NCBI GenBank assembly: GCA_964392925.1
Contig: CAYMRP010000001.1
Location: 165,585-229,584, forward strand
Reading direction: 5' to 3'
From: an uncultured Gammaproteobacteria bacterium
GTDB lineage: Bacteria; Patescibacteriota; Microgenomatia; Daviesbacterales; UBA10151
Length of the DNA stretch: 64,000 nucleotides
In this document: positions 1 to 9,240 of the stretch, piece after piece
Layout: each line of letters begins with the position of its first letter
How positions within the stretch are numbered: the first letter of the stretch is position 1
The notes under the pieces: model-generated
Told to the model about the DNA's origin: nothing
Seen by the model: only the letters and a program-made list of their open reading frames with translations
Database searches by the model: none
Translations under genes and position numbers: made by a program

Positions 1-62
1 ACCACACTCTTATCTAACTTCTAAAACTATCTTTCATTAGATATAATCCATTAGTTGATAAA

Positions 63-126
63 GGGAGTAAGCAGAGCTTTCTCCCGCTCATTACATTCGC
101 GGGAGTAAATAAATTTGCTCACCGCA
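63..126 (+). repeat. Two hairpins built from copies of the tRNA-Gly acceptor-stem ends
   Basis: GGGAGTA (63-69) ... CTCCCGCTCA (81-90) and GCGGGAGTA (99-107) ... CTCACCGCA (118-126) match tRNA 5' (135-143) and 3' (199-208) ends. Confidence 0.7.
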
Positions 127-134
127 ACTCCATT

Positions 135-206
135 GCGGGAGTAGTATAGTGGTAGTATGCTTCCTTCCCAAGGAAGAGGCCGCGGGTTCGAATCCCGTCT
201 CCCGCT
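135..206 (+). tRNA. tRNA-Gly(CCC)
   Basis: Cloverleaf: acceptor GCGGGAG/CTCCCGC, anticodon arm CTTCC-TTCCCAA-GGAAG, T arm GCGGG-TTCGAAT-CCCGT, discriminator T; CCA not encoded. Confidence 0.96.
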
Positions 207-384
207 CAGGTTATTTTATGATAATTCGTTGCCCTATATCTAATTCCTCCAGGATAAGCTATAGTGCATATACTTAACAGTTGTTTTAACTCAAAGACTT
301 TTCACCTCTTTTTGTACAGGCTTACTTTCACTCAATTTTTAGGCTTATTCAAATCTGGTCCAACCAGTTCTTTTCTTATTAATT

Positions 385-1371
385 ATGATTGCATATTTTA
401 TATTAGTTCACAGATACCCTCTTCAGTTCAAAAGACTATTTAAATCTATTTACGACCCAGAAAATCAATATTTAATTCATATTGATAAAAAAGCTGGACC
501 TGATTTATTAAAAGATATTAAGAAATTCCTTAAAGATTTCCCTAACACCAGCATTTTAAAAAGTCAGAGTGTTGTTTGGGGAGGCTATAGCATGGTAGAA
601 ACCGAACTAAGAGGAATTAAAAGGCTTCTAGAAATAAGTAAAGTTTGGACTCATTTTATAAATCTTAGCGGCCAAGACTTCCCTTTAAAAACTCAAAAAG
701 AAATTAAAGATTTACTTCGAGTTGGTAAAGGTAAAGACTATATGTTGGTATCAGATCAAACTAAAGATCGCCCCAATACTTTAAACCGGATAAAAAACTA
801 TTTTGTTGAATCAGATAGCGGCTTTACTGGAACTCCGGTTAAAAGACCTTTTATGGCAAATGTCATCCCCTACATAGGAGGACAATGGAAAATTCTAAGC
901 CGTAATGCCTGTGAATTTATTTGTTCTGACTCCAAAGTTACCAAAATTAAAAACTTTTACAAAAACACTCTCATCCCCGATGAAAGTTTCTTTCAAACAG
1001 CCTTAATGAATAGCGATTACCCAAACTCAATAATCAACGACGATAAAAGAGCTATTATTTGGATTCCTGATGTAGATGTCAGACTAAACCCAAAAACACT
1101 TACCGCAATCGATACTGAATCTTTAATCGCCAGTGGAAAAATAAAACTCCGACCTAAAACATTCACCCTCCAGGATCGAATATATTTAAGCGAAACTACA
1201 GCCTTCTTTGCCCGCAAATTTGATGAAACTGTTGATTCCGCGATTCTTGATTTTCTTGAGGCGAACCTTAAAATGCTAAATCAACCAAAAAAACTCAAAG
1301 TGAACTTAGGATTGGATAAAATTCTGCCTCTTCCAATTATTACCACTATTACTCCAGCAAGAATTATTTAA
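385..1371 (+). CDS. Core-2/I-branching beta-1,6-GlcNAc transferase family glycosyltransferase (GT14)
   Basis: IAYFILVH, IHIDKK, VVWGGYSMV, INLSGQDFPLK, PDESFFQT, FARKF motifs. Confidence 0.88.
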   Translation: MIAYFILVHRYPLQFKRLFKSIYDPENQYLIHIDKKAGPDLLKDIKKFLKDFPNTSILKSQSVVWGGYSMVETELRGIKRLLEISKVWTHFINLSGQDFPLKTQKEIKDLLRVGKGKDYMLVSDQTKDRPNTLNRIKNYFVESDSGFTGTPVKRPFMANVIPYIGGQWKILSRNACEFICSDSKVTKIKNFYKNTLIPDESFFQTALMNSDYPNSIINDDKRAIIWIPDVDVRLNPKTLTAIDTESLIASGKIKLRPKTFTLQDRIYLSETTAFFARKFDETVDSAILDFLEANLKMLNQPKKLKVNLGLDKILPLPIITTITPARII

Positions 1372-2206
1372 TTAAATTAGCAGCTATAAAATCAGCGATT
1401 TTCTTACTTATAAATAACACTCCACTTGGACTTGGGTGAATATAATCATCATTTCTAATTAAATATTGTTTAGCATTTCCAGACGAGTCAAGAGACGGCG
1501 TAAAAATATCAATCACCGGAATCCCCTGAGACCGCGCAAACTCCATATGGTTTTTTATATATGAATCGCGCTCCAAAGCCCATTGTTCTCTAACTTCTGC
1601 GCTTAAATCCTGAGTATTTTTAGCGTAGGTCTCTTTATTCGCGCCTATTGTTCCTACAAAAACTAATTTCTCTTTACCGGAAGTAGTTGCAACAAATTCA
1701 ACTAAATCTTCTAATATCTCAGTTTGCTTCTTTAATCCGCCTTCATTAAACTCCGACAACGGATTATGTCCAAACGATTCAACTAGTAAATAATCAAAAT
1801 CAATATCTTTTATTGGCGCGAAATCCCGTCCGGAATGATAAGTTGTAGAAACCATCCTTTCTTTAGCCGATATAATACTTGTCGCCCCATACCCATAATT
1901 TAACACCTCAAAAGTTTTATCCGGATAATACTCATTTAAATATCCTCTTAGTTCATCAGTATTACCTAATGTTTCAGTCATCGAATCGCCTAAAATCACG
2001 AAAGTGTAGTCATGCGGATATTTAATTTTGCCCGACTGCGTACTGGGTTGTGAATCTACTTCACTTAATTTTTTGAAAGGGGGAGGGGGTTTTAAAGAAT
2101 ATTTTTCTATTAGATCAGGCCCAAACTTAAACGCCACAGCGCTTCCAAACAAAATAACTAGACCAATACAAAATAAAAAAAATTTCGGCAGACGTTTAAT
2201 ATACAT
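1364..2206 (-). CDS. SGNH/GDSL hydrolase with N-terminal membrane anchor
   Basis: GDSMT block I, NYGYG, GHN, DYIHP block V. Confidence 0.85.
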   Translation of the reverse strand: MYIKRLPKFFLFCIGLVILFGSAVAFKFGPDLIEKYSLKPPPPFKKLSEVDSQPSTQSGKIKYPHDYTFVILGDSMTETLGNTDELRGYLNEYYPDKTFEVLNYGYGATSIISAKERMVSTTYHSGRDFAPIKDIDFDYLLVESFGHNPLSEFNEGGLKKQTEILEDLVEFVATTSGKEKLVFVGTIGANKETYAKNTQDLSAEVREQWALERDSYIKNHMEFARSQGIPVIDIFTPSLDSSGNAKQYLIRNDDYIHPSPSGVLFISKKIADFIAANLIK

Positions 2207-2223
2207 TACAAACTTAGGAATTT

Positions 2224-3051
2224 CTAGTTTCTGGGGATCTTGATAACTACCCCAACCTCTATACTATCAGGATTGGAGATATTATTTGCTTTAGCAATTG
2301 CATCATATTTGCTGATATCGCCGTATGCTCTGCCTGCGATCTTAGACAACCAGTCATCAGCTTGAATAGTGTATGAATCACCAGTTATCGCTTCACCCCA
2401 TGTTGTTTGATTCATAGCTCCGCCTGTGCCTGCATCTTCCATTTTTGGAGCCTCACTTGCTTCAGCCATAGGTTCTTTGCTTGGCTCAGGAGATGCTTTT
2501 TCTGCAGCTTCCTCAGTAGCAACGGGTGATGCAGCTGGTGTAGCGCTAGCTTCAGTCATAGCTTCAAGTCCTTCAACTTTAGGTATATTTAATTCCTGAC
2601 CAACTTCTATATTTTCATTACTTAAATTATTATCTTTAACTATTTCGGAGTATTTAGAACCCTCTCCGTAGTATTTCTGAGCTATCAGGAATAATGTATC
2701 TCCTTCTTTTACTGTATATTTACCAGGAAGATTTTCCTTTTTAACATCTCCGTTTTCATCCATAGTTTGTTCAGCCATTGGCGTGACGTTGCCGGTCTCG
2801 TCTTCTGATTTATTGAAGTAATTAAAGATTAATACTCCCAGTACAACTACAATTAAAGCTCCTAAAATTAAATTTAAGTAGGATTGATTCTTCTCTAAGT
2901 CATTTTGGATTTTATCAAGAAAATTATTCTCTGATTTTTTAGGAGTGGATTTTGATTCTCCACGGTCAACAGTTACTTTGCTTTCAGAAGCTCTTGTTAC
3001 AGCTGCAGTTCTTTTTGCTGTTTTGGTTTTTTTGTTTGTTTTTGTTGCCAT
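2224..3051 (-). CDS. Membrane-anchored protein with two LysM domains
   Basis: TM helix; YTVKEGDTLFLIAQKYYG and YTIQADDWLSKIAGRAYG LysM repeats joined by an Ala/Glu/Pro linker. Confidence 0.9.
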   Translation of the reverse strand: MATKTNKKTKTAKRTAAVTRASESKVTVDRGESKSTPKKSENNFLDKIQNDLEKNQSYLNLILGALIVVVLGVLIFNYFNKSEDETGNVTPMAEQTMDENGDVKKENLPGKYTVKEGDTLFLIAQKYYGEGSKYSEIVKDNNLSNENIEVGQELNIPKVEGLEAMTEASATPAASPVATEEAAEKASPEPSKEPMAEASEAPKMEDAGTGGAMNQTTWGEAITGDSYTIQADDWLSKIAGRAYGDISKYDAIAKANNISNPDSIEVGVVIKIPRN

Positions 3052-3204
3052 GTCTGTAACTCCCTATAACTATTTCATTCACATTTGTGAAAAATAACTA
3101 CAGGCAGTGTAGGTTGATTTTTACACTACGCACCACACATCTGTCAACTAGATCAAAATATAGCAATATCTTGACTATCTTTTCCTGTAATGTATATTAC
3201 ACCT

Positions 3205-4104
3205 ATGGCTGACAGAAAAACATTCCATCCTGAATTATATAGAGACGCTGCTATCCCTTTGTGGGAGAGGTCCAGAATTATAAAAGATCATATAGAGAAA
3301 TCCCTAATAACAGAGTCGAGTGAAAGATCTCTCCTTATGGGTTTTTCAGATCTTAGATTTACCTGGGGTCGTTATAACCGTAGCCAGGAGCGGGAGTTCG
3401 AGCTTCTCGAATGGGAAAGGCAAAGACAAGCAGTACTCATTGCAGGTATAGCCTCCGGTTTAGGAATTAAAGAGCAGGATTGCTTCGATTTACTTCCGGA
3501 CAAATTTCCTGAGCGGTTAGAATCTTATAATAGATTAGGACTGGACACCCCTCTACTCGTTCCCAGGTTTACGAGAGTATCATGGGCAAGCGCTGTTCAT
3601 GCAGCAAGCGAGACAACTTTTTATCCTGAGGCGGTAACATTAGATTATGATCTAGATCCTTCTAGGGTTGGGGAATGGCAGGATCCGAGAGGTGTTAAGA
3701 TCCCCCAGCAACCTTTCGCGACATGGATAAAGATCCCTCCTGTTGTTCAGTATGATATTTATCCTGATAAAGACTCTCTCCAGCGAATTCGCAATCCGGA
3801 AATAGACGAAGTTGCCGAAGCTCCGGCAATTGCAAGAGTTATATTAGATCCCGATGCTAGAGGTGCAACTCACTGGGATGGACTAGCCTTGGGCTCTTTG
3901 AGGAGGGAATCAGCCCCCATAAGATTCACAGCAATGAATCTTCATGATCTAATAGGGTCGCGAATAGGAGAATATGGTGTTTTATCCTTACGTAAACCCC
4001 TCTCGGATGGAGGACCTTCCTGGCTAAGCAGGACACACATAGATGATGATCCAGAACAAAGAACGCCGGTTATCTGTAGCAGAGAAGTAACTACGAGACA
4101 ATAA
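3205..4104 (+). CDS. Hypothetical orphan protein (track start 3190; probable leaderless start 3205)
   Basis: Long ORF; TTGACT (3171) and TATATT (3193-3198) 6 nt before ATG 3205; no recognisable motif. Confidence 0.7.
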   Translation: MADRKTFHPELYRDAAIPLWERSRIIKDHIEKSLITESSERSLLMGFSDLRFTWGRYNRSQEREFELLEWERQRQAVLIAGIASGLGIKEQDCFDLLPDKFPERLESYNRLGLDTPLLVPRFTRVSWASAVHAASETTFYPEAVTLDYDLDPSRVGEWQDPRGVKIPQQPFATWIKIPPVVQYDIYPDKDSLQRIRNPEIDEVAEAPAIARVILDPDARGATHWDGLALGSLRRESAPIRFTAMNLHDLIGSRIGEYGVLSLRKPLSDGGPSWLSRTHIDDDPEQRTPVICSREVTTRQ

Positions 4105-4193
4105 ATGCGAGACCGACGGGACAACACGCACTTTTCCTGCGTAAAAGCCGAACTCCTCAAACTTTGTTTGATATTTCGACTCCCTTGCTGGTC
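4102..4193 (-). repeat. tRNA-linked repeat: 21-bp copy of the tRNA-Asp 3' end plus an inverted T-arm-like copy
   Basis: TAAATGCGAGACCGACGGGAC at 4102-4122 equals 4231-4251; TTCGACTCCCTTGCTGGTC at 4175-4193 is an imperfect inverted copy. Confidence 0.75.
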
Positions 4194-4201
4194 TAATTTC
4201 C

Positions 4202-4229
4202 AAAAAAGCCCAGACAAGCTGGACTTTTT
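4202..4229 (-). terminator. Intrinsic terminator downstream of tRNA-Asp (likely bidirectional)
   Basis: AAAAAAGCCCAG-ACAAG-CTGGACTTTTT hairpin with A and T tracts. Confidence 0.75.
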
Positions 4230-4236
4230 GTAAATG

Positions 4237-4508
4237 CGAGACCGACGGGACTCGAACCCGCGACCTCCTCCGTGCATGAAATCCAATACTTTCGTAATGG
4301 CATGGACTATATCTTCACCTTTCCTAAAAGGTTTAGGTGCTTCGGTATCTAGTCTCTACGGCGCTCCGCCAAATTCTGGCGGTTCCCACGGTGTTCACAT
4401 ATCTTTCGACTTAGTCTTCACCGTTATCCCGAAATTATTCATCCTAAAGTTTCCTTTAGAAGCTGCACGTCTACAGGGAGGCGCTCTAACCAACTGAGCT
4501 ACGGCCTC
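4237..4508 (-). tRNA. tRNA-Asp(GTC) interrupted by a group I intron; exons 4508-4473 and 4274-4237
   Basis: Joined exons give GAGGCCG TA GCTC AGTTGGTTA GAGC G CCTCC CTGT^CAC GGAGG AGGTC GCGGG TTCGAGT CCCGT CGGTCTC G: full cloverleaf, GTC anticodon, G73. Confidence 0.93.
4275..4472 (-). ncRNA. 198-nt group I intron (IC3-like, no ORF) at anticodon position 35/36
   Basis: 5' exon ends in U; P1 CUGU/GCAG with U.G pair; P10 CGUG/CACG; P2 CUAAAG-GAAA-CUUUAG; P3 UUCGG/CCGAA; P4 ACGGUG/CACCGU; R GUAGAGACUAG and S AAGAUAUAGUCC forming P7; P9 with GAAA loop; terminal G. Confidence 0.93.
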
Positions 4509-4545
4509 TCGCAACTATGCCATATCCCACGCTCTGCGCGCTGAG

Positions 4546-5244
4546 CTACGGCCTTAAAATACTTTTCAAACCTTTATCATACTTCAGCCTTTTTCTTTCT
4601 AGGTGAGGTAAAACTAAATTAGGGTATAAAAAGTCATACAATTCTACAACATCCTTTCCACTATAAGCAAGGCTATAGGCACCGCTATGGAAATATAATG
4701 ATCCCACACCTATCCCCAATAATGCTGCTATCTTGGATCGTATGGTTTCCAAAAAAATCCTATTGCCGCATCTAAGATTCAAAATAAAATAATTGATCAC
4801 TCCCGTCCTGTCTTTTCTTGCTGAACTATTAAAGTAAATTGAACCATCTCCATCAAAATATCCTCTGATAAAATGTCCGAGAAATGAGTCTGGGATAGGG
4901 GGGAATATTAACGTTTTACTTTTAGCTGGAGTAAAACCAATCTCACCAAATCTGTTAAATAGTTTCTTGCTTCCAATTTGGAGAGAATAACTAGTTTTAA
5001 AATTACCTGCTCGTTTATAGACCTCTATTTTATTAGTTAATTTTAATAATATTTGGATGGTTAATATAAGCTGATAATCAGTTGAAGTAAAAGCCACATA
5101 ACAAGATCCCCTCTTGTTCTTATACATGCACCCATCAGATGCAAAAAGACCTAAGACATATGCACACTCAGCTGACCAAGTATTAAAGAAGCTTTCCACA
5201 TATCTTGGATTTAGGATCATCCCTTTGCATATTTTACCACTCAA
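4546..5244 (-). CDS. Free-standing two-motif LAGLIDADG endonuclease (alternative start ATG 5220)
   Basis: AYVLGLFASDG and HFIRGYFDGDG helices; TPAKS motif; C-terminal LERK. Confidence 0.88.
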   Translation of the reverse strand: MSGKICKGMILNPRYVESFFNTWSAECAYVLGLFASDGCMYKNKRGSCYVAFTSTDYQLILTIQILLKLTNKIEVYKRAGNFKTSYSLQIGSKKLFNRFGEIGFTPAKSKTLIFPPIPDSFLGHFIRGYFDGDGSIYFNSSARKDRTGVINYFILNLRCGNRIFLETIRSKIAALLGIGVGSLYFHSGAYSLAYSGKDVVELYDFLYPNLVLPHLERKRLKYDKGLKSILRP

Positions 5245-5267
5245 ATCTAAAGTGTTATATTGTCAGT

Positions 5268-7013
5268 ATGAAAGGCACATCTAACTCTCATATTTCTGAT
5301 CTTTTAAGAAATGTTGCCGCTTCAAAAACCCTTTCTAAAGATAATTTTTTTGAAATTAGAGCCTATACTAGTGCTGCAGATGCCATTGAACACTTAACTG
5401 CTGAAGTAAAAGATCTATGGCAGGACGGCAGACTAAGCGATATACCTGGTGTTGGCAAAAGTATTCAGGGCCATCTTGACGAATTTTTTAAAACCGGTAA
5501 AGTTGAAAACTTCGAAACTATTTTAAAAAGACATCCTGAAGTCATTTATGATCTGATAAAAATTCCAGGGATTGGTCCGGCCACTGCTCTTGATTTAGCC
5601 AAAAGAGGAGTTGATAGTCTCAAAGACCTAGAGAAAAAAATCAAAGACGGCAGTTTAGTGAAAGAGGGTTTAGGTCAAAAAACTGTTGATAAAATAAGCC
5701 GGGGATTAACTGAAGTTACCGGCCGCGAAAAACGCATGCTTCTGCCTTACGCTTTAGCTCAAGCTGAAAAAATTCTGGAATTTATTAAACAAGATAAAAA
5801 TGTTGTTCATGCTGATCCTTTAGGCAGCTTAAGAAGACAGGTCGCTACCATTGGTGACTTAGATTTCGCAGCTTCCTCAAAAGATCCAAAAGCTACAATC
5901 GAGCGATTCATCAACATGCCGGGAGTAGTAGAGGTTCAGGGGCAAGGTCAAAACAAGGCTATTGTTGTTTTACATTCCGGCATTCATGTTGATCTTCTAG
6001 TCGGAGCACCTGAAACATACGGCGCACTATTACAACACTTCACCGGCTCCAAACATCACAACGTTCATTTAAGAACTTTAGCTCAGGATAAAGGTCTTTC
6101 ATTAAGCGAACATGGAGTTAAAAATTTAAAAACTGGAGAGTTAATTAACTGTCAAACCGAAGATGATCTTTATAAAATGCTCGATATGCAAACTCCTCCT
6201 CCGGAGTTGCGCGAAGATGCGGGTGAAATCGAAGCTGCTATTAAACACACGTTACCAGAATTAGTTAAATTGTCCGACATCAAAGGCGATTTTCATCTTC
6301 ATTCCAATTTTCCAATTGATTCATCCCACGATTACGGAACCGGAAGTCTGGAAGAAATAATTGAAGCCGCAATTAAACTCGGATATAAATATGTCGGTCT
6401 CTCAGATCACTCACCCGGAGTCGGAACTCACACTAAAGAAGAAATTATTAAATTAGTAGAAAAGAGGACAAAATTTATTCATCAATTACAGTTGAAGTAT
6501 AAAAGTATTCGAGTACTAAATGGCCTCGAAATTGATATACTTGCCGACGGATCTTTAGCTGTACCCGAAGAAGGTTTAAAAATGCTGGACTATTCCGTAG
6601 TCGGAATCCACACTGGCCATAGGACTAATAGGGAATCGATAACTAAAAGAATTCTAGCCGCTTTAGAATCCCCATACTCTTCAATTCTCGCCCATCCTAC
6701 TGGCCGGCTCTTAAACGAAAGAGATTCTTATGATGCTGATTGGGAAGAGATCTTTAAAGTGGCCAGCAAAAACAACAAAGCCATGGAAATAAATTCTTTC
6801 CCTAACAGACTCGACCTAAGAGATGATCTAATCCGTCTGGCTCTAAAATACGGAGTTAAATTTAGTATCGATACCGATTCCCACAAAATAGATCAAATGA
6901 CTAATATGCCTTTTGGTGTTTCTGTTGCCCGGCGCGGTTGGGCTTCAAAAAAAGACATTATAAATACCTGGGACTGGAAAGATTTGGCCAAATGGTTTAA
7001 AATGGATAAGTAA
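5268..7013 (+). CDS. polX: DNA polymerase X / PHP exonuclease (track start 5205)
   Basis: HhH motifs IPGVG/IPGIG, GSLRR, GDLD, HFTGSK, PHP motifs HLH, SDH, AHP, TDSH; TATATT 6 nt before ATG 5268. Confidence 0.93.
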   Translation: MKGTSNSHISDLLRNVAASKTLSKDNFFEIRAYTSAADAIEHLTAEVKDLWQDGRLSDIPGVGKSIQGHLDEFFKTGKVENFETILKRHPEVIYDLIKIPGIGPATALDLAKRGVDSLKDLEKKIKDGSLVKEGLGQKTVDKISRGLTEVTGREKRMLLPYALAQAEKILEFIKQDKNVVHADPLGSLRRQVATIGDLDFAASSKDPKATIERFINMPGVVEVQGQGQNKAIVVLHSGIHVDLLVGAPETYGALLQHFTGSKHHNVHLRTLAQDKGLSLSEHGVKNLKTGELINCQTEDDLYKMLDMQTPPPELREDAGEIEAAIKHTLPELVKLSDIKGDFHLHSNFPIDSSHDYGTGSLEEIIEAAIKLGYKYVGLSDHSPGVGTHTKEEIIKLVEKRTKFIHQLQLKYKSIRVLNGLEIDILADGSLAVPEEGLKMLDYSVVGIHTGHRTNRESITKRILAALESPYSSILAHPTGRLLNERDSYDADWEEIFKVASKNNKAMEINSFPNRLDLRDDLIRLALKYGVKFSIDTDSHKIDQMTNMPFGVSVARRGWASKKDIINTWDWKDLAKWFKMDK

Positions 7014-7567
7014 TGGATATGACAATGATTATTATTGGTGTTGTAGTTCTGGTCATCGCTGGCTGGCTTTTGATGAGCTATAACTCGCTGGTTACTTTAA
7101 GAAACAGAGTCCGTGAAGCCTGGAGTCAAATTGATATCCAACTCAAAAGACGTGCTTCTTTAATCCCTAATTTAGTTGAAACTGTTAAAGGCTACGCCAA
7201 ACACGAAAAAGAAGTTTTTGAGAATGTTACTAAAGCGCGTAGCGCCTTGATGGGGGCAGAAGATCCAGCTCATAAAGCCGCAGCGAACGATATGTTAACT
7301 GGAGCCTTAAAATCTCTTTTTGCTGTAGCCGAAGCCTATCCTAACTTAAGAGCTTCTGAGAACTTTAAAGCTCTCCAGGATGAAATTTCTGATACTGAAA
7401 CTAAAGTCGCTGCCAGCCGCCAATTTTACAATACGAATGTCTTAGATCTAAACAACACTATCGAAACCTTCCCAACCATGTTAATTGCCAACATGTTTGG
7501 CTTCAAGCAAGAAGAGTTCTTCAAAGCCACAGAAGAAGAGCGCAAAGACATTGCGGTTAAATTCTAG
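7013..7567 (+). CDS. lemA: LemA family protein
   Basis: [30 protein letters not shown] motifs. Confidence 0.95.
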   Translation: MDMTMIIIGVVVLVIAGWLLMSYNSLVTLRNRVREAWSQIDIQLKRRASLIPNLVETVKGYAKHEKEVFENVTKARSALMGAEDPAHKAAANDMLTGALKSLFAVAEAYPNLRASENFKALQDEISDTETKVAASRQFYNTNVLDLNNTIETFPTMLIANMFGFKQEEFFKATEEERKDIAVKF

Positions 7568-7573
7568 TCTTCA

Positions 7574-8179
7574 ATGAAACTTCTGAAAAAGCAATTGTCT
7601 CTTTTCATCCTAATTCCTTCACTGCTTATTTTTTTAATCGTGGTAACACTAATTTTTTTACCCTACAGCACATTCAATCCTGATGTCTATGAAGGTGATA
7701 AAATTATTAGAGGTGAAGGTATATATAAAGGTGCTGAATACTATTCTCTGGGTCAATATAAGGCCGCTTTGAGAAGTTGGCCGATACTAAAATTCAATTC
7801 AGACTTTAATAATAAACTCAAAAAAGCCGAAGCCCTAAAAGCAGAGCATGTTAAAAATACTCCTGGAATGATTCTGTACTTCAAGGCTATCCCCACGAAA
7901 GAGAGTATATCTCAGATTACAAAAAAGCTAGAAAGTTTTGCGGTGGTGAAAGAAGTTGAATATATCCCTAAGGAAGAAGCTCTCGAAAGATACAAGCAGC
8001 TTCACAAAAACGACCCTTCCATTCTTCAGCTAGTAACTCCGGAAATTCTACCTCCTAGTATGGAGGTCTTTATCAGTGATTGGAGTAAGCTGCAAGAAAT
8101 TAAAGACTCCTTACAAGATAACTCCGACATTCAAGACATTATTCTTTCAAGCGCCCCGAGTGAGGACCTTGTCTTTTAG
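7574..8179 (+). CDS. Single-TM protein with FtsX extracellular-domain-like C-terminus
   Basis: N-terminal TM; VKEVEYIPKEEALERYK ... ILPPSMEV resembles the FtsX large extracellular loop; no permease TMs. Confidence 0.55.
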   Translation: MKLLKKQLSLFILIPSLLIFLIVVTLIFLPYSTFNPDVYEGDKIIRGEGIYKGAEYYSLGQYKAALRSWPILKFNSDFNNKLKKAEALKAEHVKNTPGMILYFKAIPTKESISQITKKLESFAVVKEVEYIPKEEALERYKQLHKNDPSILQLVTPEILPPSMEVFISDWSKLQEIKDSLQDNSDIQDIILSSAPSEDLVF

Positions 8180-8186
8180 CTTTCAT

Positions 8187-8564
8187 ATGTTCTTTAATCA
8201 TAAAATTACAGTTAAAGATTCAGGTGATATGGGCCGTGGCGTTTTCGCCTCAGAAGACATTAAAAAAGGGGAGACCTTAGAAGTCGCGCCTATTCTCGTT
8301 CTCCAATTCGAAGACTTCGTCGAAACCCGCTGGAATCTTTTATTTGAATATTATTTCTGGCTTGATGATGAAGTTGTTCTGGCTCTGGGATATGGCTCAA
8401 TGTATAACCATGCAGTTGATTCAAATGCGGAATATAAAATCGATATCAAGAATAAATCCATAACTTTTAAGGCTATAAGAGACATTAAAGAAGGAGAAGA
8501 AATATTCTTCAACTACAAAGGCTCAACATCCGCTAAAGCCCCCCTTTGGTTCGAAAGAAAATAA
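8187..8564 (+). CDS. SET domain protein (track start 8076)
   Basis: GRGVFA..DIKKGE, YNH, IKEGEEIFFNY. Confidence 0.88.
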   Translation: MFFNHKITVKDSGDMGRGVFASEDIKKGETLEVAPILVLQFEDFVETRWNLLFEYYFWLDDEVVLALGYGSMYNHAVDSNAEYKIDIKNKSITFKAIRDIKEGEEIFFNYKGSTSAKAPLWFERK

Positions 8565-8609
8565 CCCCATAGTTTGAAAACAAAGCAATTTTGTACTACA
8601 ATATATACA

Positions 8610-9207
8610 ATGACAAGTGTTGTTGAAGCCAGAGCTGTTATTTTAGACCTCGGCATTGGCAAAGCCGGTTCGTATCTATCCCAGGATGAAGCAAGTGTAA
8701 TGAGAGTCGGTGGAGATATCAGAACTAAGGATCTATCCAGAGTTAGAAGGAAATATAATATCCCTGTTGTAAAGATGGATGCCTTTTTGGAACCATGGGC
8801 TGACCCAAAATCTAAAATCCCAATTCCAAGAGCTTTGCCCTTCAGAGATGCAGTTTTTGACGGTGTTGAAGTAAGGTTTCCTCATGATGAGTTGTTGCAG
8901 GCATTAACGACTAAAGCCTTATGGGCGGATTTAGAAAGGATCGTTAAAGAGGGATCGAGCATCTCAGTCATCTTTGATGTACCGCCTGATGGGTTTAGAC
9001 GATTGAGTATTAAGGGCGCAAATCTTGATATACAAACCAGAAAGTAGGATTTGGGAGACTGCATTAGAAGTTTGCTCACGAGTCCATATTGAAAGACTCA
9101 CGCCTGAAGAGGTTACTAATATTGGAACTCTAAATGCTCAGAGAATTGGCAAAACAATGTTAGCTATCCCCGACCATAAAACATATCGTCTAGAAGCACT
9201 CTCTTAA
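8610..9207 (+). pseudogene. Class I SAM methyltransferase-like gene split into two overlapping frames (8574/8610-9047 and 9025-9207)
   Basis: VILDLGIG motif I, LPFRDAVFD motif; second ORF continues in the +1 frame without a good start. Confidence 0.45.
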
Positions 9208-9240
9208 AAAGTCTTGTATATGTGCTAAAATTAGCTTCAT

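Noticed and set aside
4102-4251. Integrated prophage or island bounded by attL/attR
   Set aside because: Repeats are only 129 bp apart and no integrase is present in the window
3942-4497. ORFs 3942-4286 (-) and 4234-4497 (+)
   Set aside because: They are translations of the tRNA-Asp exons, intron and repeat, not genes
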